This document shows positions 35,772 to 48,164 of a stretch of 53,383 nt of DNA, in pieces. Made by a program: the position numbers and the translations under genes. Source of the stretch: Octopus bimaculoides (Eukaryota); contig NC_068996.1 in the NCBI RefSeq assembly GCF_001194135.2, positions 40,186,784-40,240,166 on the forward strand, read 5' to 3'. The notes under the pieces are model-generated. The model saw nothing but the letters and a program-made list of their open reading frames with translations. It made no database searches and had not been told where the DNA came from. Positions within the stretch are counted from its first letter, which is position 1; each line of letters opens with the position of its first letter.

Positions 35772-35829
<58 letters not shown>

Positions 35830-35990
35830 GACGGGCTTCTTTCAGTTTCCGTCTACCAAATCCACTCACAAAGCTTTGGTTGGCTCGAGGCTGTAGTAGA
35901 AGACACTTGCCCAAGGTGTCACACAGTTGGACTGAACCCGAAACCATGTGGTTGGTAAGCCAGCTACTTGCCACACAGCCACTCCTACAC
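35556..35990 (-). mobile_element. SINE family A, near full length
   Basis: Reverse complement of family A with a long (TA)n core. Confidence 0.85.
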
Positions 35991-36034
35991 CTTATTACAC
36001 ACACACAAAAAAAAAAGCCCATCAAATATTGATT

Positions 36035-36413
36035 TTACTGTTTGTAAACTGATCTGATATCATTTAAAAAAGCAGTTAACAAGTCATCGTTTTTCCTGAA
36101 CATTTTCCAACAGTAATGATCCAAATGTGATTGAAAATGATGAGTAGTTGTGCCTCTTTCTTCCTAGAGTATTTCAATCTTGGCATCAAGCCACAATCGC
36201 TCAATAGCTTGTATATGAGCTCCTGATGTTGGGTCCACATAATTCACTTGATGATCGATGGTTTTGTGCTGACAGCTGATATTCCTTATGCTACGATAGG
36301 CCGGCTACACATCTGAATGGATCACTGAGTCAAGCTTACATTCAATGTTCTGTGATAGGAATCAAAGTAACCCTATGTCTTCATGAACATAAAAGTACCG
36401 ACAACTAAATGGG
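36035..36413 (-). mobile_element. Merlin (IS1016/IS1595-like) DDE transposase remnant
   Basis: RVTLIPI../SVIHSDV*PAYRSIRNISCQHKTIDHQVNYVDPTSGAHIQAIERLWLDAKIEIL*EERGTTTHHFQSHLDHYCWKMFRKNDDLLTAFLNDIRSVYKQ*. Confidence 0.85.
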
Positions 36414-37657
36414 CTAGAATTAATTGGTGAAGGCCATAAGTGGGTTGTTTGTAGAGTGCATTGTCATTTACAATAGGTTGCAAATAACAAGGTAGATATC
36501 ATACTTACAGTAGCACCCAAAATTGTTTGTTCCCAGTCTTCCATGAAAAGCATGTCTGGCCATGGGGGAAGTATTGCCTTGCTTGGAAATAGAGGTGAGG
36601 GTTAGTGACAGGAAGGGCATCCAGCTGTAGAAAAACTGCCTCTACAAATTCAGTCTAGCCCATGTGAACATGGAAAAGTAAACATTAGATGATGATGATG
36701 ACGATGATAGAAACGCAAGGTTGATCTTTGGTGATTTTGAACTCAGAACATACAGGCCCACTCATATATACTGCAAGCATTTTGTCTGATGCTCACAGCA
36801 TTCTGCTAATTCACTTGCTCATAATATGGTTCAGTAGCTCTTTGTTATAAATTGAAAGGTAACCAATGGAATCACCAGGGGTATATATTCTGGGTTGGGC
36901 TAGGTGTGCGCTGCACACCCATCGAAAATGGCAAATTCATTATGAATATCAACCTTGCTCGTTAATTTAATCACAAATCTTAATGGAAAACTTTTGTTTA
37001 ACCCCTGCTTGAAATTTGGTGGCACCCAATACAACAACCACCATGCATCACTGGAAATCACTGGTTGACCCCCCCCCCCTAAAAAAAAAAACTGAACATT
37101 TCCAGTATATTCAACTCAGTGCTATCTTTCATCATTTATGTTTCTTAATAAATAGATCAATTTGATATAAAAGGAGGGTTAAAGTTCTTGGTTGACCACA
37201 AATTGCCAGCTCAGAATTTCTTAACTGTTTTCTAAAAAAATTTTTTTTATTTTGAGTATTTTTTTCTTTTTTTTTTTTTTCTTATAAATTCTATTTGGAT
37301 ATCTTTCAGTTACTTTGTTAATAACAGAAGTGTTGGAAAGGCATGAATTCTTCTTGTGTTCCAGAATTAGGTTCTTCGTTGTTGCTGTCATCATCATCAT
37401 CATCANNNNNNNNNNNNNNNNNNNNNNNNNNNNNNNNNNNNNNNNNNNNNNNNNNNNNNNNNNNNNNNNNNNNNNNNNNNNNNNNNNNNNNNNNNNNNNN
37501 NNNNNNNNNNNNNNNNNNNNNNNNNNNNNNNNNNNNNNNNNNNNNNNNNNNNNNNNNNNNNNNNNNNNNNNNNNNNNNNNNNNNNNNNNNNNNNNNNNNN
37601 NNNNNNNNNNNNNNNNNNNNNNNNNNNNNNNNNNNNNNNNNNNNNNNATTATTTTTT

Positions 37658-37714
<57 letters not shown>

Positions 37715-38345
37715 TATATGTGTGTATATATATATATAATTTATTAGAATAAACAAACCATGTAAACAAAACTAGAATTCTCTAAATAGTTTTGTGTATT
37801 AAAAGCTTAAAGTTCTCTTTTATACTGATTTTCTCTCTTTTGGAAGTTGTGGTGAGTTTGTAAAGGAGCAAATGTGGTCTGTGAATTCACAACCAGCTTT
37901 CTTTTCTTTTTTTTTTTTTTCTTATAAATTCTATTTGGATATCTTTCAGTTACTTTGTTAATAACAGAAGTGTTGGAAAGGCATGAATTCTTCTTGTGTT
38001 CCAGAATTAGGTTCTTCGTTGTTGCTGTCATCATCATCATCATCATCATTGTTATCATCATCATTGTTGTCATCATCGCTGTTATCATCGTCATCATCAT
38101 CATAATCACCATTGTTGTTATCATTATCATCTTTTTAATGACCTCTCTTGCCTGCAATTTGTTGAGGCAGATTTTTTTATTTGTGGATACCCTTCCTGTC
38201 ACCCTCACCTGTTTCCAAGCAAGGTAATATTTTCCCCCATGGCCAGACATGTTTCTTTAAGAAGACTGGAAATGAACGACACTGCTTGTATGACAATGAC
38301 ACTCATTTACAACTATCACATGATATCAAGGCAGGGAAACAGTAA

Positions 38346-38382
<37 letters not shown>

Positions 38383-38395
38383 GCTCTCGCTCTCG

Positions 38396-38439
<44 letters not shown>

Positions 38440-38664
38440 AATGCATACATATATCTGTGATGGGCTTCTTTCAGTTTCTGTTACCCAAACCAACTCATAA
38501 AGCTTTGGTTGACATGGGCTACAGTAGAAGATACTTGGCTAAGGTACCATGCAGTGGGATTGAACCCGGAACTATATGATTGAAAAGCAAATTTATCACC
38601 GCATAGTCAAGCCTGTAGAAGCATTGTTTTTATTTTACCATCTTGTAGGAAGCTTTGCAGTGAG

Positions 38665-38698
<34 letters not shown>

Positions 38699-38907
38699 CA
38701 GTAAGTTTTCATAACACTCAGATGAACTCAAAACATCTCAGGACATGAGTGTAAGACCAAAGAGAAGATTTGTGGAGACATTCTACTGTTCCACTTCTGT
38801 CATTCAATGCAAGGTGGACTTTGATAGCCATGGCTATTGTGCTGAACACCAAACCATATCAAATGCTTTTTTTCTATATAGTTTTTGTGAAGATTTCTAC
38901 ACCTTAA

Positions 38908-39813
38908 CCCTTTAGTATTCAGGCTGCTCTGTCAAATGTAATGCTTATTTATTCACATTGTTTTGAATGAATCAGGCATTATCTCATAGCTTTGAGATTT
39001 TGATGGTGTGACGTTTTATTTATAGAGTGACATTGTAGGGTAGGCGTGAGAAGAGGCCAGATCTGGCTGGTTTGAATATCAAATAGGTAAAACATTTGGG
39101 CTGGATTTGGCTGGTTTAAATGCTAAAGAGATATACTTATGTGTGTAATCCCTTAGCATCCAGATTATTCTGTCGAATGTAATGCTTATTTATTCCCATT
39201 GATTTGAATTAGCCAAGCATTACTTTGTAGCTTTGAGATTTCAATGATGTGATTGTTTAGTTTTAGAATGACATTGAAGCGAAGGTATGAAGGCCTGGGT
39301 CTGGCCAGTTTGAACATAAAACAGGCAGAATATATTTGGACTGGGTTTGGCTGGTGTAAGCCTTTAAGCATTCAGATTATTCTATTAAAAATAAAGCTTA
39401 TTTATTCACATTGTTTTGCATTAACCATGCATTATCTCGTAGCTTTGAGATTTTGACAATGTGATTATTTATAGGGTAACATCATAGAGTAGGTGTGAGA
39501 GGCCAGATCTGGCTGGTTTGAATATCAAATAGGTTTAACATTTGGGCTGGATATGGCTGGTTTAAATGCTAAAGAGAATATTTGTGTGTATAATCCCTTA
39601 TCATTCAGATTACTTGGTCAAATGTAATGCTTGTTTATTGACCTTGCTTTGAATTAATCATGCATGATCTCATAGCTTTGGGGTTTCGATGATACAACTG
39701 TTTATTTTTAGAATGACATTGTAGGGTAGGTGTGAGAAGTTGGATCTGGTCAGTTTAAGCATAAATCAGGTTGAATATTTTTGTTGGATATGGCAGACTT
39801 AAATGCTAAAAAG
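38908..39813 (+). mobile_element. Array of four piggyBac-type P1 MITEs
   Basis: Four ~220-bp units, with TTAA at both outer ends (38904-38907 and 39814-39817). Confidence 0.8.
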
Positions 39814-39989
39814 TTAACTGAGGATGAAGACAATTTGATTAATTTTATGTTATTGGTTATAGACACAAAACATTAAACTGGGGGCCTGTTAAAAGTAAGG
39901 TGTGTGTGTGTTGAGGGTGGTGGTGGTCAGAGATTTCTGGTGTGGCATATCAGGTGTTGTGTCTCTCAGTTGCACTCATTTGGAAAAGT

Positions 39990-40376
39990 GGAAAAGAAGA
40001 AAATTGTAGAAATTGTTGTTGGCACTTCATCGCTTATGACAACAAGGGTTCCAGTTGATCCGATCAACAGAACAGCCTGCTCGTGAAATTAACATGCAAG
40101 TGGCTGAGCACTCCACAGACACGTGTACCCTTAATGTAGTTCTCGGGGATATTCAGCATGACACAGTGTGACAAGGCTGACCCTTTGAATTACAGGCACA
40201 ACAGAAACAGGAAGTAAGAGTGAGAGAAAGTTGTGGTGAAAGAGTACAGCAGGGTTCGCCACCATCCCCTGTCGGAGCCTCGTCGAGCTTTTAGGTGTTT
40301 TCGCTCAATAAACACTCACAACGCCCGGTCTGGGAATCGAAACCGTGATCCTATGACCGTGAGTCCGCTGCCCTAN
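39990..40376 (-). mobile_element. CORE-like SINE family B, tail B variant with an internal insert
   Basis: Reverse complement of the B head (gggaatcgaaacc B box) and tail B. Confidence 0.65.
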
Positions 40377-40804
40377 NNNNNNNNNNNNNNNNNNNNNNNN
40401 NNNNNNNNNNNNNNNNNNNNNNNNNNNNNNNNNNNNNNNNNNNNNNNNNNNNNNNNNNNNNNNNNNNNNNNNNNNNNNNNNNNNNNNNNNNNNNNNNNNN
40501 NNNNNNNNNNNNNNNNNNNNNNNNNNNNNNNNNNNNNNNNNNNNNNNNNNNNNNNNNNNNNNNNNNNNNNNNNNNNNNNNNNNNNNNNNNGCATTTGTAC
40601 AACTGCTGTCCTGCGACTAAAATCGGTAAAACGAATAAGAGAATGAATGTAAGATGTAAGAATTATTATTCTTTCTTTCTTTCTGTCCGTCTTTCTTTCT
40701 TTCTTTTTTTCTTTTTTTTCTTTGTAAGGGCGGTAAGTGGTATAAACAATAATTAGAGTCCTCCAGTATAGTATGACTGCTACTAATTATTTCATTATTC
40801 TTTA

Positions 40805-42544
40805 AGGCAGTGAGCTGGGAAAACTGTTAGCATGCTTGACACCATTTCGTCTGCCGTTACATTCTGAGTTCAAATTCTGCTGAAGTCGACTTTGCCTTTC
40901 ATCCTTTCAAGGATGTTGCTAACTGGGGGCGATGTAGTCTACTTAGTCCTTTCCCCCAGATCTGCTGGTCTTCCACCAAAATTTCAAACCAAGGCAGTGA
41001 GCTGGCAGAATCATTAGCACACTGGACGAAATGCTTAGTGGTATTTTGCCAGTCTCTATGTTCTGAGTTCAAATTTCACCATAGTCCACTTTGCCTTTCA
41101 TCCTTTTGGGGTCAATAAATTAAGTACCAGTGAAACTTATACCTTGTATCTTTAGTAGAAAGGATTATTATTATTATTGAGTGAGAGAGCAGTGCATGCC
41201 ATCAAAGTGACCTTGGGGTACAAATATACGAAGCCCAGTATACCCACCATGACTACCAGTCTGATAAGGGTACACCAGGTACATGCATCACAATAGGTGC
41301 GTGACATGATCTCATATCAAGATAAACAGCGCATGACTTCACAGGTGGAGCTCAGTTAGAATTTTCTTCGGGTCGAGTAGCCCATCCCACTCAAAAGGTC
41401 CCTGAATAAGGTTTGTTTAAGGATGTTCAGCAAAACACCCATATTTCCAAAGGTGAATTATTCAAACACCAAAGAATTTCTCTCAACACATGGCTATGAT
41501 GCTCCCCCACTACTTCTGCTCATGATCAGAGATGCACATATCGTCAGCCACCAAGGGACATGCTCAACTGGTTAAGGTCAAACAACTGACAAACAAATCT
41601 GTGGTATTAAGCATAATATTTGCTGTAGCCCATCTTTTATACCAAGACAAAACAATGTACATGATAACACTTCCAGTTAGTTAAGATCAGAAGCCATGAG
41701 AGCCATTGCCTGATACTGCATCCGGGTATTGCCATGAGAGCCACTGCCTGGAGACATCGCACAGTATACAATATCGTGAGGTTGTTGATTGAAGATATTG
41801 TGTCTACCGGGGGGTTTATTCTGTTTGTCAAGTCACAACAAGGACGTCAGACAGACAGTACTGGAACTGCAATATGCATGCAGTTCCAAGTAATGCCAAT
41901 TTTTGCAATACACCTAGATTGTAGGGTATTCCTAAAGTCTTCAGATGTTTTTTCAGATTGGGTGGTTATCATTATTATTACTATTATTATTATTGAACTG
42001 GCAAAAGTGTTAGCATGCTGTGAGCAAAATGCTTAGCGGCTGCATTCAGAGTTCTAATTCTGAGGTCAATTTTGTCTTTCATCCTTTCAGATGGTACTTT
42101 ATGCAATATGCATGCAGTTCCAAAGGGTGATGAGTTAGTAAATTCATTAGCATGTTGGGCAAAATGCTTAGCAGCATTTTGTCAGTCTTTATATTCTGTG
42201 TTCAAATTCTTCCAAGGTTGACTTAGCCTTTCATCCTTTTATGGTCGATAAAATGAGTACCAGTTCAGCATTGTGGTTGATGTAATCGACTTGGCCACAG
42301 CTCCAAAACTGTGCACATTGTGCCAAAATTTGAAACCATTATTACCATCATTATTGTTAGCTGACAGAATCATTAGAACGCCGGGCAAAATACTTAGTGG
42401 CTTAAGTTCAAATTCCAGCAAAGGTTGACTTAGCCTTTCATCCTTTTGGGGTTGATAAATTAAGTACCAGTTATGCATTAGGGTCGATATAATCAACTAT
42501 CCCACTCCTTCAAAATCCCAAGCCTTGTGCCTATAGTAGAAAGG

Positions 42545-42578
<34 letters not shown>

Positions 42579-42803
42579 GGGTGAGCTTTCAGATCGTTAG
42601 CATGCTGAGTAAGATGTTTAATGGCATTTCATCTATCTTTACGTTCTGAGTTTAAGTTCCACCGTCAATTTTACCTTTCGTCCTTTCAGGGTCGATAAAT
42701 TAAGTTCCAATGAAACACTGGGGTCGTTGTACTCAACTGTCCCCCTCCCACCAAATCTCAGGCTTTGTGCCTTTAGTAGAAAGGATTATAATTATTATTA
42801 TTG

Positions 42804-42849
<46 letters not shown>

Positions 42850-43225
42850 GGTGGAGACAAAAAGCTTAGTGGCATTTCATGTCTTTAGATTTTGAGCTCA
42901 AATTCTGCCGAGGTCGATTTTTCCTTTCCATCCTTTCAGGGTTGATAAAATAAGTACCAGTGATGTACTGGTGTCGATGTTATCGACTAGTCCCCCACCC
43001 CACTCCANNNNNNNNNNTGGCATTTCATGTCTTTAGATTTTGAGCTCAAATTCTGCCGAGGTCGATTTTTCCTTTCCATCCTTTCAGGGTTGATAAAATA
43101 AGTACCAGTGATGTACTGGTGTCGATGTTATCGACTAGTCCCCCACCCCACTCCACCACACCTCACCCCACCCACTACACCCCACCTCACCCCCTCAAAA
43201 ACTGCTGGCCTTGTGCCAAAATTTG
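40805..43225 (+). mobile_element. Head-to-tail cluster of at least 7 Nin-domain SINE copies separated by (ATT)n, with a family D element (about 41170-41750, -)
   Basis: Heads at about 40805, 40991, 41990, 42125, 42355, 42578 and 42848. 42870-43007 is duplicated at 43018-43155 across a 10-N gap. Confidence 0.75.
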
Positions 43226-43411
43226 AAACCTTTTATTTCATCACTCTTCTTATGAGATCGGACACAGAAATGTGCCACGTCACCCAAATGGTTGCAGTCA
43301 GTTGGTTTAACGCAGCACTTCGTTATAAATTTAATAAAACAAGTGTATGCATCTCATCATTTTTACTCTCTTGCAATGAGCTGTATTATGATCTTGGAGG
43401 GGGTTAGTAGT

Positions 43412-43469
<58 letters not shown>

Positions 43470-44253
43470 AGCTGTCGGTAAACTCATGCCAAAGTATATG
43501 AGTTCATTCCTTGTTTGTTTGAGCCATTTTTACCTCCTGATGCTAATATATTCTTGTGGGTGGGTAGGTGGGTGGTGAGGAAAGGAAAGATGCGAGAACG
43601 ACACAACTTCCACATTTTTTTTTCCCCCCTTTTGCTATAAATATAAATATGTGTCCTTTTATCTGTGTTAAGACGACAACAACAAAACATGCACGCTCAC
43701 ACACACAGACACACACACACACACACACACACAGCCGAAAATAAAAATCGATAATATCTAAGCATTCAGGTGCGTTCGGGTGCTGTAGATTGTCGACAAC
43801 ATTGCTGTAATGTTTTAATTTTCCGTACGAAGAAATTTATTATTTGAATATGATTTTAGGTGGAATTCTTTGGTTAGAAAATGAAAGAAAACAAAAAGGA
43901 CTGACAACACAGGCTTTTTTTCTTCTTCTTTCATAATCCCTCTTAATTGCAAAAGTCAATACAGCTTATTAAAGCAGGCATTTGAAATTTAAGTGACAGA
44001 AATTTACACAATGTGTGAAATAAATAAGTCTAGAGAATATGAGAGAAACCTTTTTGACATTATTATTATTATTATTATTATTTGGATGGCATGCTGGCAG
44101 ACTCATTATAGCAGCAGTGAAAATGTCCAGTGGTATTTTATATGACTCGTTATGAATTCAAATTTTATTGGGGTCAACTTTGCTTTTCATCCTGCCGGGG
44201 TGGGGCTGATAATATAAAATAAGGTGATCTAAATGGCTATTATTTTCTTCTGT

Positions 44254-44288
<35 letters not shown>

Positions 44289-44353
44289 GCTAGCCCTGTG
44301 CCAAAATTTGAGACCACCACCATATCATCATCATCATCATCATCATTATTATT

Positions 44354-44926
44354 GGGTCTATTTCAAACACCTGCTGTTGCGTATGGGACGGATCCGACTA
44401 TCAGCTGAATCCATTGTGAAGATTGCCCCGCCATCCTCTTTTGGCCAGGAGGGGCAGGCAATTTTTATTTGTCTAGTGGTTGTAGCAAAAGAGGTAGTAT
44501 GGTGGACCCATTTGAAAGGGCTAAAGACAGCCACTTTCCTCTTTGGCCAAGCCCTCATCAACTTTTTCGAGTTTCATTTGAAAGGAAGTTGAGGGTGGAG
44601 AGGGAAGTGTTGCCTTGTAGCAAGTTTGTTGAATGGTGGGTGAATGTTGGAAGAATGGCCAGTGAAAAAGGACCAATTCTGAGCGTGCACCTGTAAACAA
44701 AAAAAGGGCTCTTGCCCTGTTGTTCAGGCACCCATGACTTTTGTGGGTTTTTCCACAAGGTCCTTAAAGCACCTCCCCTATTGGGAGTTTTAAATTATTT
44801 AATTTTAAATTGTTTATATTGTTTACACATTGTAAAACCCATTGTACCGTCCTGTTTTATCTTTTATGTTATTGTATGTCATTTAATGTAATTTTATGTG
44901 AGCCCTCGTGGCCAATAAAAGAATGA
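44354..44926 (+). mobile_element. 5'-truncated L1-clade (Tx1-like) LINE: ORF2 C-terminus, 3' UTR, AATAAA and (ATT)n tail
   Basis: FICLVVVAKEVVWWTHLKGLKTATFLFGQALINFFEFHL / RKLRVEREVLPCSKFVEWWVNVGRMASEKGPILSVHL* (one frameshift; stop at 44694-44696). This fits the Tx1-type AK..IW..R...E......F...W terminus. AATAAA at 44914. Confidence 0.65.
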
Positions 44927-44967
<41 letters not shown>

Positions 44968-44983
44968 TATTATTATTATTATT

Positions 44984-45200
44984 AAAGTGACGAGCTGGCC
45001 GAATCATTAGCATGCCAGGCGAAATGTTTAGCAGTATTTTATTTGTCGCTACGTTCTGAGTTCAAATTCCACCGAGGTCAGCTTTGCCTTTCATCCTTTC
45101 GGGGGTCAATAAATTAAGTACCAGTTGTGTACTGGGGTCGATCTAATCGACTGCCCCCCCTCCCACCAAATTTCAGGCCTTGTGCCTATAGTAGAAAGGA
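44984..45200 (+). mobile_element. Nin-domain SINE, well preserved, long (ATT)n tail
   Basis: Intact A and B boxes, Nin core, and ...gtgcctatagtagaaagg(att)n. Confidence 0.85.
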
Positions 45201-45218
45201 TTATTATTATCATCATCA

Positions 45219-45267
<49 letters not shown>

Positions 45268-46219
45268 CATTATTATTATTATTATTATTACATTTTCCCA
45301 TTCCTATCGCTTCTTCCTTCCATTGGATGGGTGTCCATGACATTTTGACCAGCAGACAAGCAGGGCTTGCTGTCCTAGGCTTCGTATTAGTCACCGTCTT
45401 AGAATTCTTTCGTTTTGGAACATTTCTTCTGTCCAAATTTTCTTCTTTTTTTTTTCCTTCTTCTCCTCCCTCTTCTTCTTCTTCTTCCCGTTTCTTTTTC
45501 TTTAATTTTTCTTTTCTCGCTGCTTTACTACATCACGTTTTCTACGCCCCCTCCCACTCACACACTGGACCGTTATTTCGTGTAGTGTATGCACATAATG
45601 AGTATGTCTCTGTGTTTGTGTGCATTCATGCTTATTTCTTTTTGCCTCTTATTTATCAGTGTCGCTGGAGTTTTCTCCCCTCCTCCCTCCATTTGCTACC
45701 CATTACTCTTCCTCTTCTCGTGCCTCCTCCTCCTCCTTCGCTTACCTATAGAATGACTCATTGATTTGGTTATTAAATGCTTCATTCTACCTTTCTTTTC
45801 TTTCTTTCTTTTTTTTTTTTTTTTTTTTTTNNNNNNNNNNNNNNNNNNNNNNNNNNNNNNNNNNNNNNNNNNNNNNNNNNNNNNNNNNNNNNNNNNNNNN
45901 NNNNNNNNNNNNNNNNNNNNNNNNNNNNNNNNNNNNNNNNNNNNNNNNNNNNNNNNNNNNNNNNNNNNNNNNNNNNNNNNNNNNNNNNNNNNNNNNNNNN
46001 NNNNNNNNNNNNNNNNNNNNNNNNNNNNNNNNNNNNNNNNNNNNNNNNNNNNNNNNNNNNNNNNNNNNNNNNNNNNNNNNNNNNNNNNNNNNNNNNTCTT
46101 TTCTTAGTCAGCTTGCTACAATTCTTGGTAGATTGTTAAATTGCTTGTCTATATACCTATTGACATTATTCATCTGTCTTTTTCTAAAACATTCATAAAT
46201 TCAGCAAACATAAATCCAT

Positions 46220-46263
<44 letters not shown>

Positions 46264-46963
46264 GTATGTGTATGTATATAACTTGTGTATATGTATGTTA
46301 GCATATGCATAGGTGTGTAAACTATGAATGTATGTTTGTGTATAAATAGACATTCGGAATCGTTAATTATCTCCATTTGCATATTTTTGCATAATATACA
46401 TGCATCTGTGCATAATATACATGCATCTGTGCATGCAGAAATATGTGTATATATGTATACAGTGTATAATTTGTGTGTGTATGTGTGTGTGTGTGTGTGT
46501 GTAAAATGTCTACATATTTTTCAGACATTTTACAAACCACAACAAAATGGATATTCTTGTAACGAGAATAAATTAATTGACCGATTAAGAGAGAAGAATG
46601 TTAAGAAATCGCATAAGTGAAATGTAAGATAGGTGAAAGTAATAAGTAATTAATTGGTATTTCTTTCTTTCTTTTACTTGTTTCAGTCATTGGACTGCAG
46701 CCATGCTGGAGCATTGCTTTAAAGGGTTTTAATCAAAGAAATCGACCCCACAATATTTAATTTTTTTAAAGCCTGGTAATTGTTGTATTGGCCTCTTTTG
46801 CCAAACTACTAAATTATGTGGGTGTAAACAGACCAACACTGGTTGTCAAGCAGTGGTGTCGAATACAGACATATGTACTCACACAACACACACGCACACA
46901 CACACACACAAGAACCACACATGCACACATACCACACACACACAACGAGCTTCTTTCAGTTTC

Positions 46964-47197
46964 TTATTTCTTTATTGCCCACAAGGGGCTAAACATTGAG
47001 GGGACAAACAAGGACAGACAAAGGGTTTAAGTCGATTACATCGACTCCAGTGCGTACCTGGTACTTAATTTATCGACCCCGAAAGGATGAAAGGCAAAGT
47101 CGATCTCGGCAGAATTTGAACTCAGAACGTAAAGGCAGACAAAATACTGCTAAGCATTTTGCCCGGCATGCTAACATTTCTGCCAGCTCGCTGCTTT
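46964..47197 (-). mobile_element. Nin-domain SINE (tail C) inserted into a family A SINE
   Basis: 16-bp TSD agcttct(t/g)tcagtttc at 46948-46963 and 47198-47213. Confidence 0.85.
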
Positions 47198-47479
47198 AGC
47201 TTCTGTCAGTTTCTGCTTACCAAATCCATTCACAGGGCTTTGGCTGGTCCAGTTGTCCCACTGTATGCACAGGGTGCTATACAGTTGAACTGAACCCAGA
47301 ACCATGTGGTTGGGAAGCAACTACAAGAAGGAAAAACAAAGGCCATGTAATTATAAGACCTAGGGAGAGAAAACAAAGTCTAAACATTAGGAACAGTAAA
47401 ATCCTAATTTAATAAAGCTTGGAGGATAGAAAAGGAGTTGGAATTCTTGCAACTATGACAAAACCATTTTGTATACATT

Positions 47480-47800
47480 TGTCTCTTTGACATAATAAAC
47501 AAAGGTAAAAATCTAAAATTGATGTGAAAATGGAGATGAAAGAATTTATGAATTTTCAGTATGGTTGGAATTTCATTTTGGTAAGCCATGATATTCAAGT
47601 AGCTGCCTTTAGAGAAGAACACTCTTGTGTAGATATTGGTATGATGAAGCCTCCTGTTTTTTCAGTATGGAACAGCCAGGCTTCCAGGCATTTTGGTAAG
47701 GAGACTAGACTGTCTAGAATTCTTTGCTGAAGTAGCTAAAGTTCCTAGACTGGGTTTCCATAGAGTGGATGCATACTTTAACAATGTGTTTGATATGCTT
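47480..47800 (-). mobile_element. Possible decayed CR1/L2-like LINE 3' fragment
   Basis: LLKYASTLWKP resembles LEYAS.VW.P. The rest is poorly conserved. Confidence 0.3.
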
Positions 47801-48164
47801 TTGTTGTGTTATCGCAGATTATTTCCGATCAAGCAGCTAAAACATTGTGGGCTTAGTGGTTGGGGTGTTGAAGCCATGACTGTGGTTTCAATTTCTGGAC
47901 TTCATTTCACATTGCCCCAAGTCAACTCAGCTGGCAAAAATGAGTAATCATGTGATGGACTAGTGTCCCATCCAGGGAGGAATATATACGCCAGAGAAAC
48001 CAGGAAATTATCCTTATGCTCCTTACGGAGTGATGTGGATCAACCAAGCTGTCTTATAGCATACAGGTAGTCAGTCAAACGGTGAGGTATGAATTAAGGA
48101 TCTTTATCCCCAGTTATATATCATGTTTCTGCCTAGCTGATGACCAACAAGAAAGATTTTATGT

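Noticed and set aside
37847-37855. Strong polypyrimidine acceptor followed by TTG TGG TGA (possible LW* terminal exon); similar candidate at 37156 (INLI*)
   Set aside because: No homology or transcript evidence, and such acceptors are common in AT-rich introns.
45327-45764. 145-aa ORF with a hydrophobic N-terminus
   Set aside because: Hydrophobicity comes from T-rich low-complexity DNA, and there is no recognisable domain.
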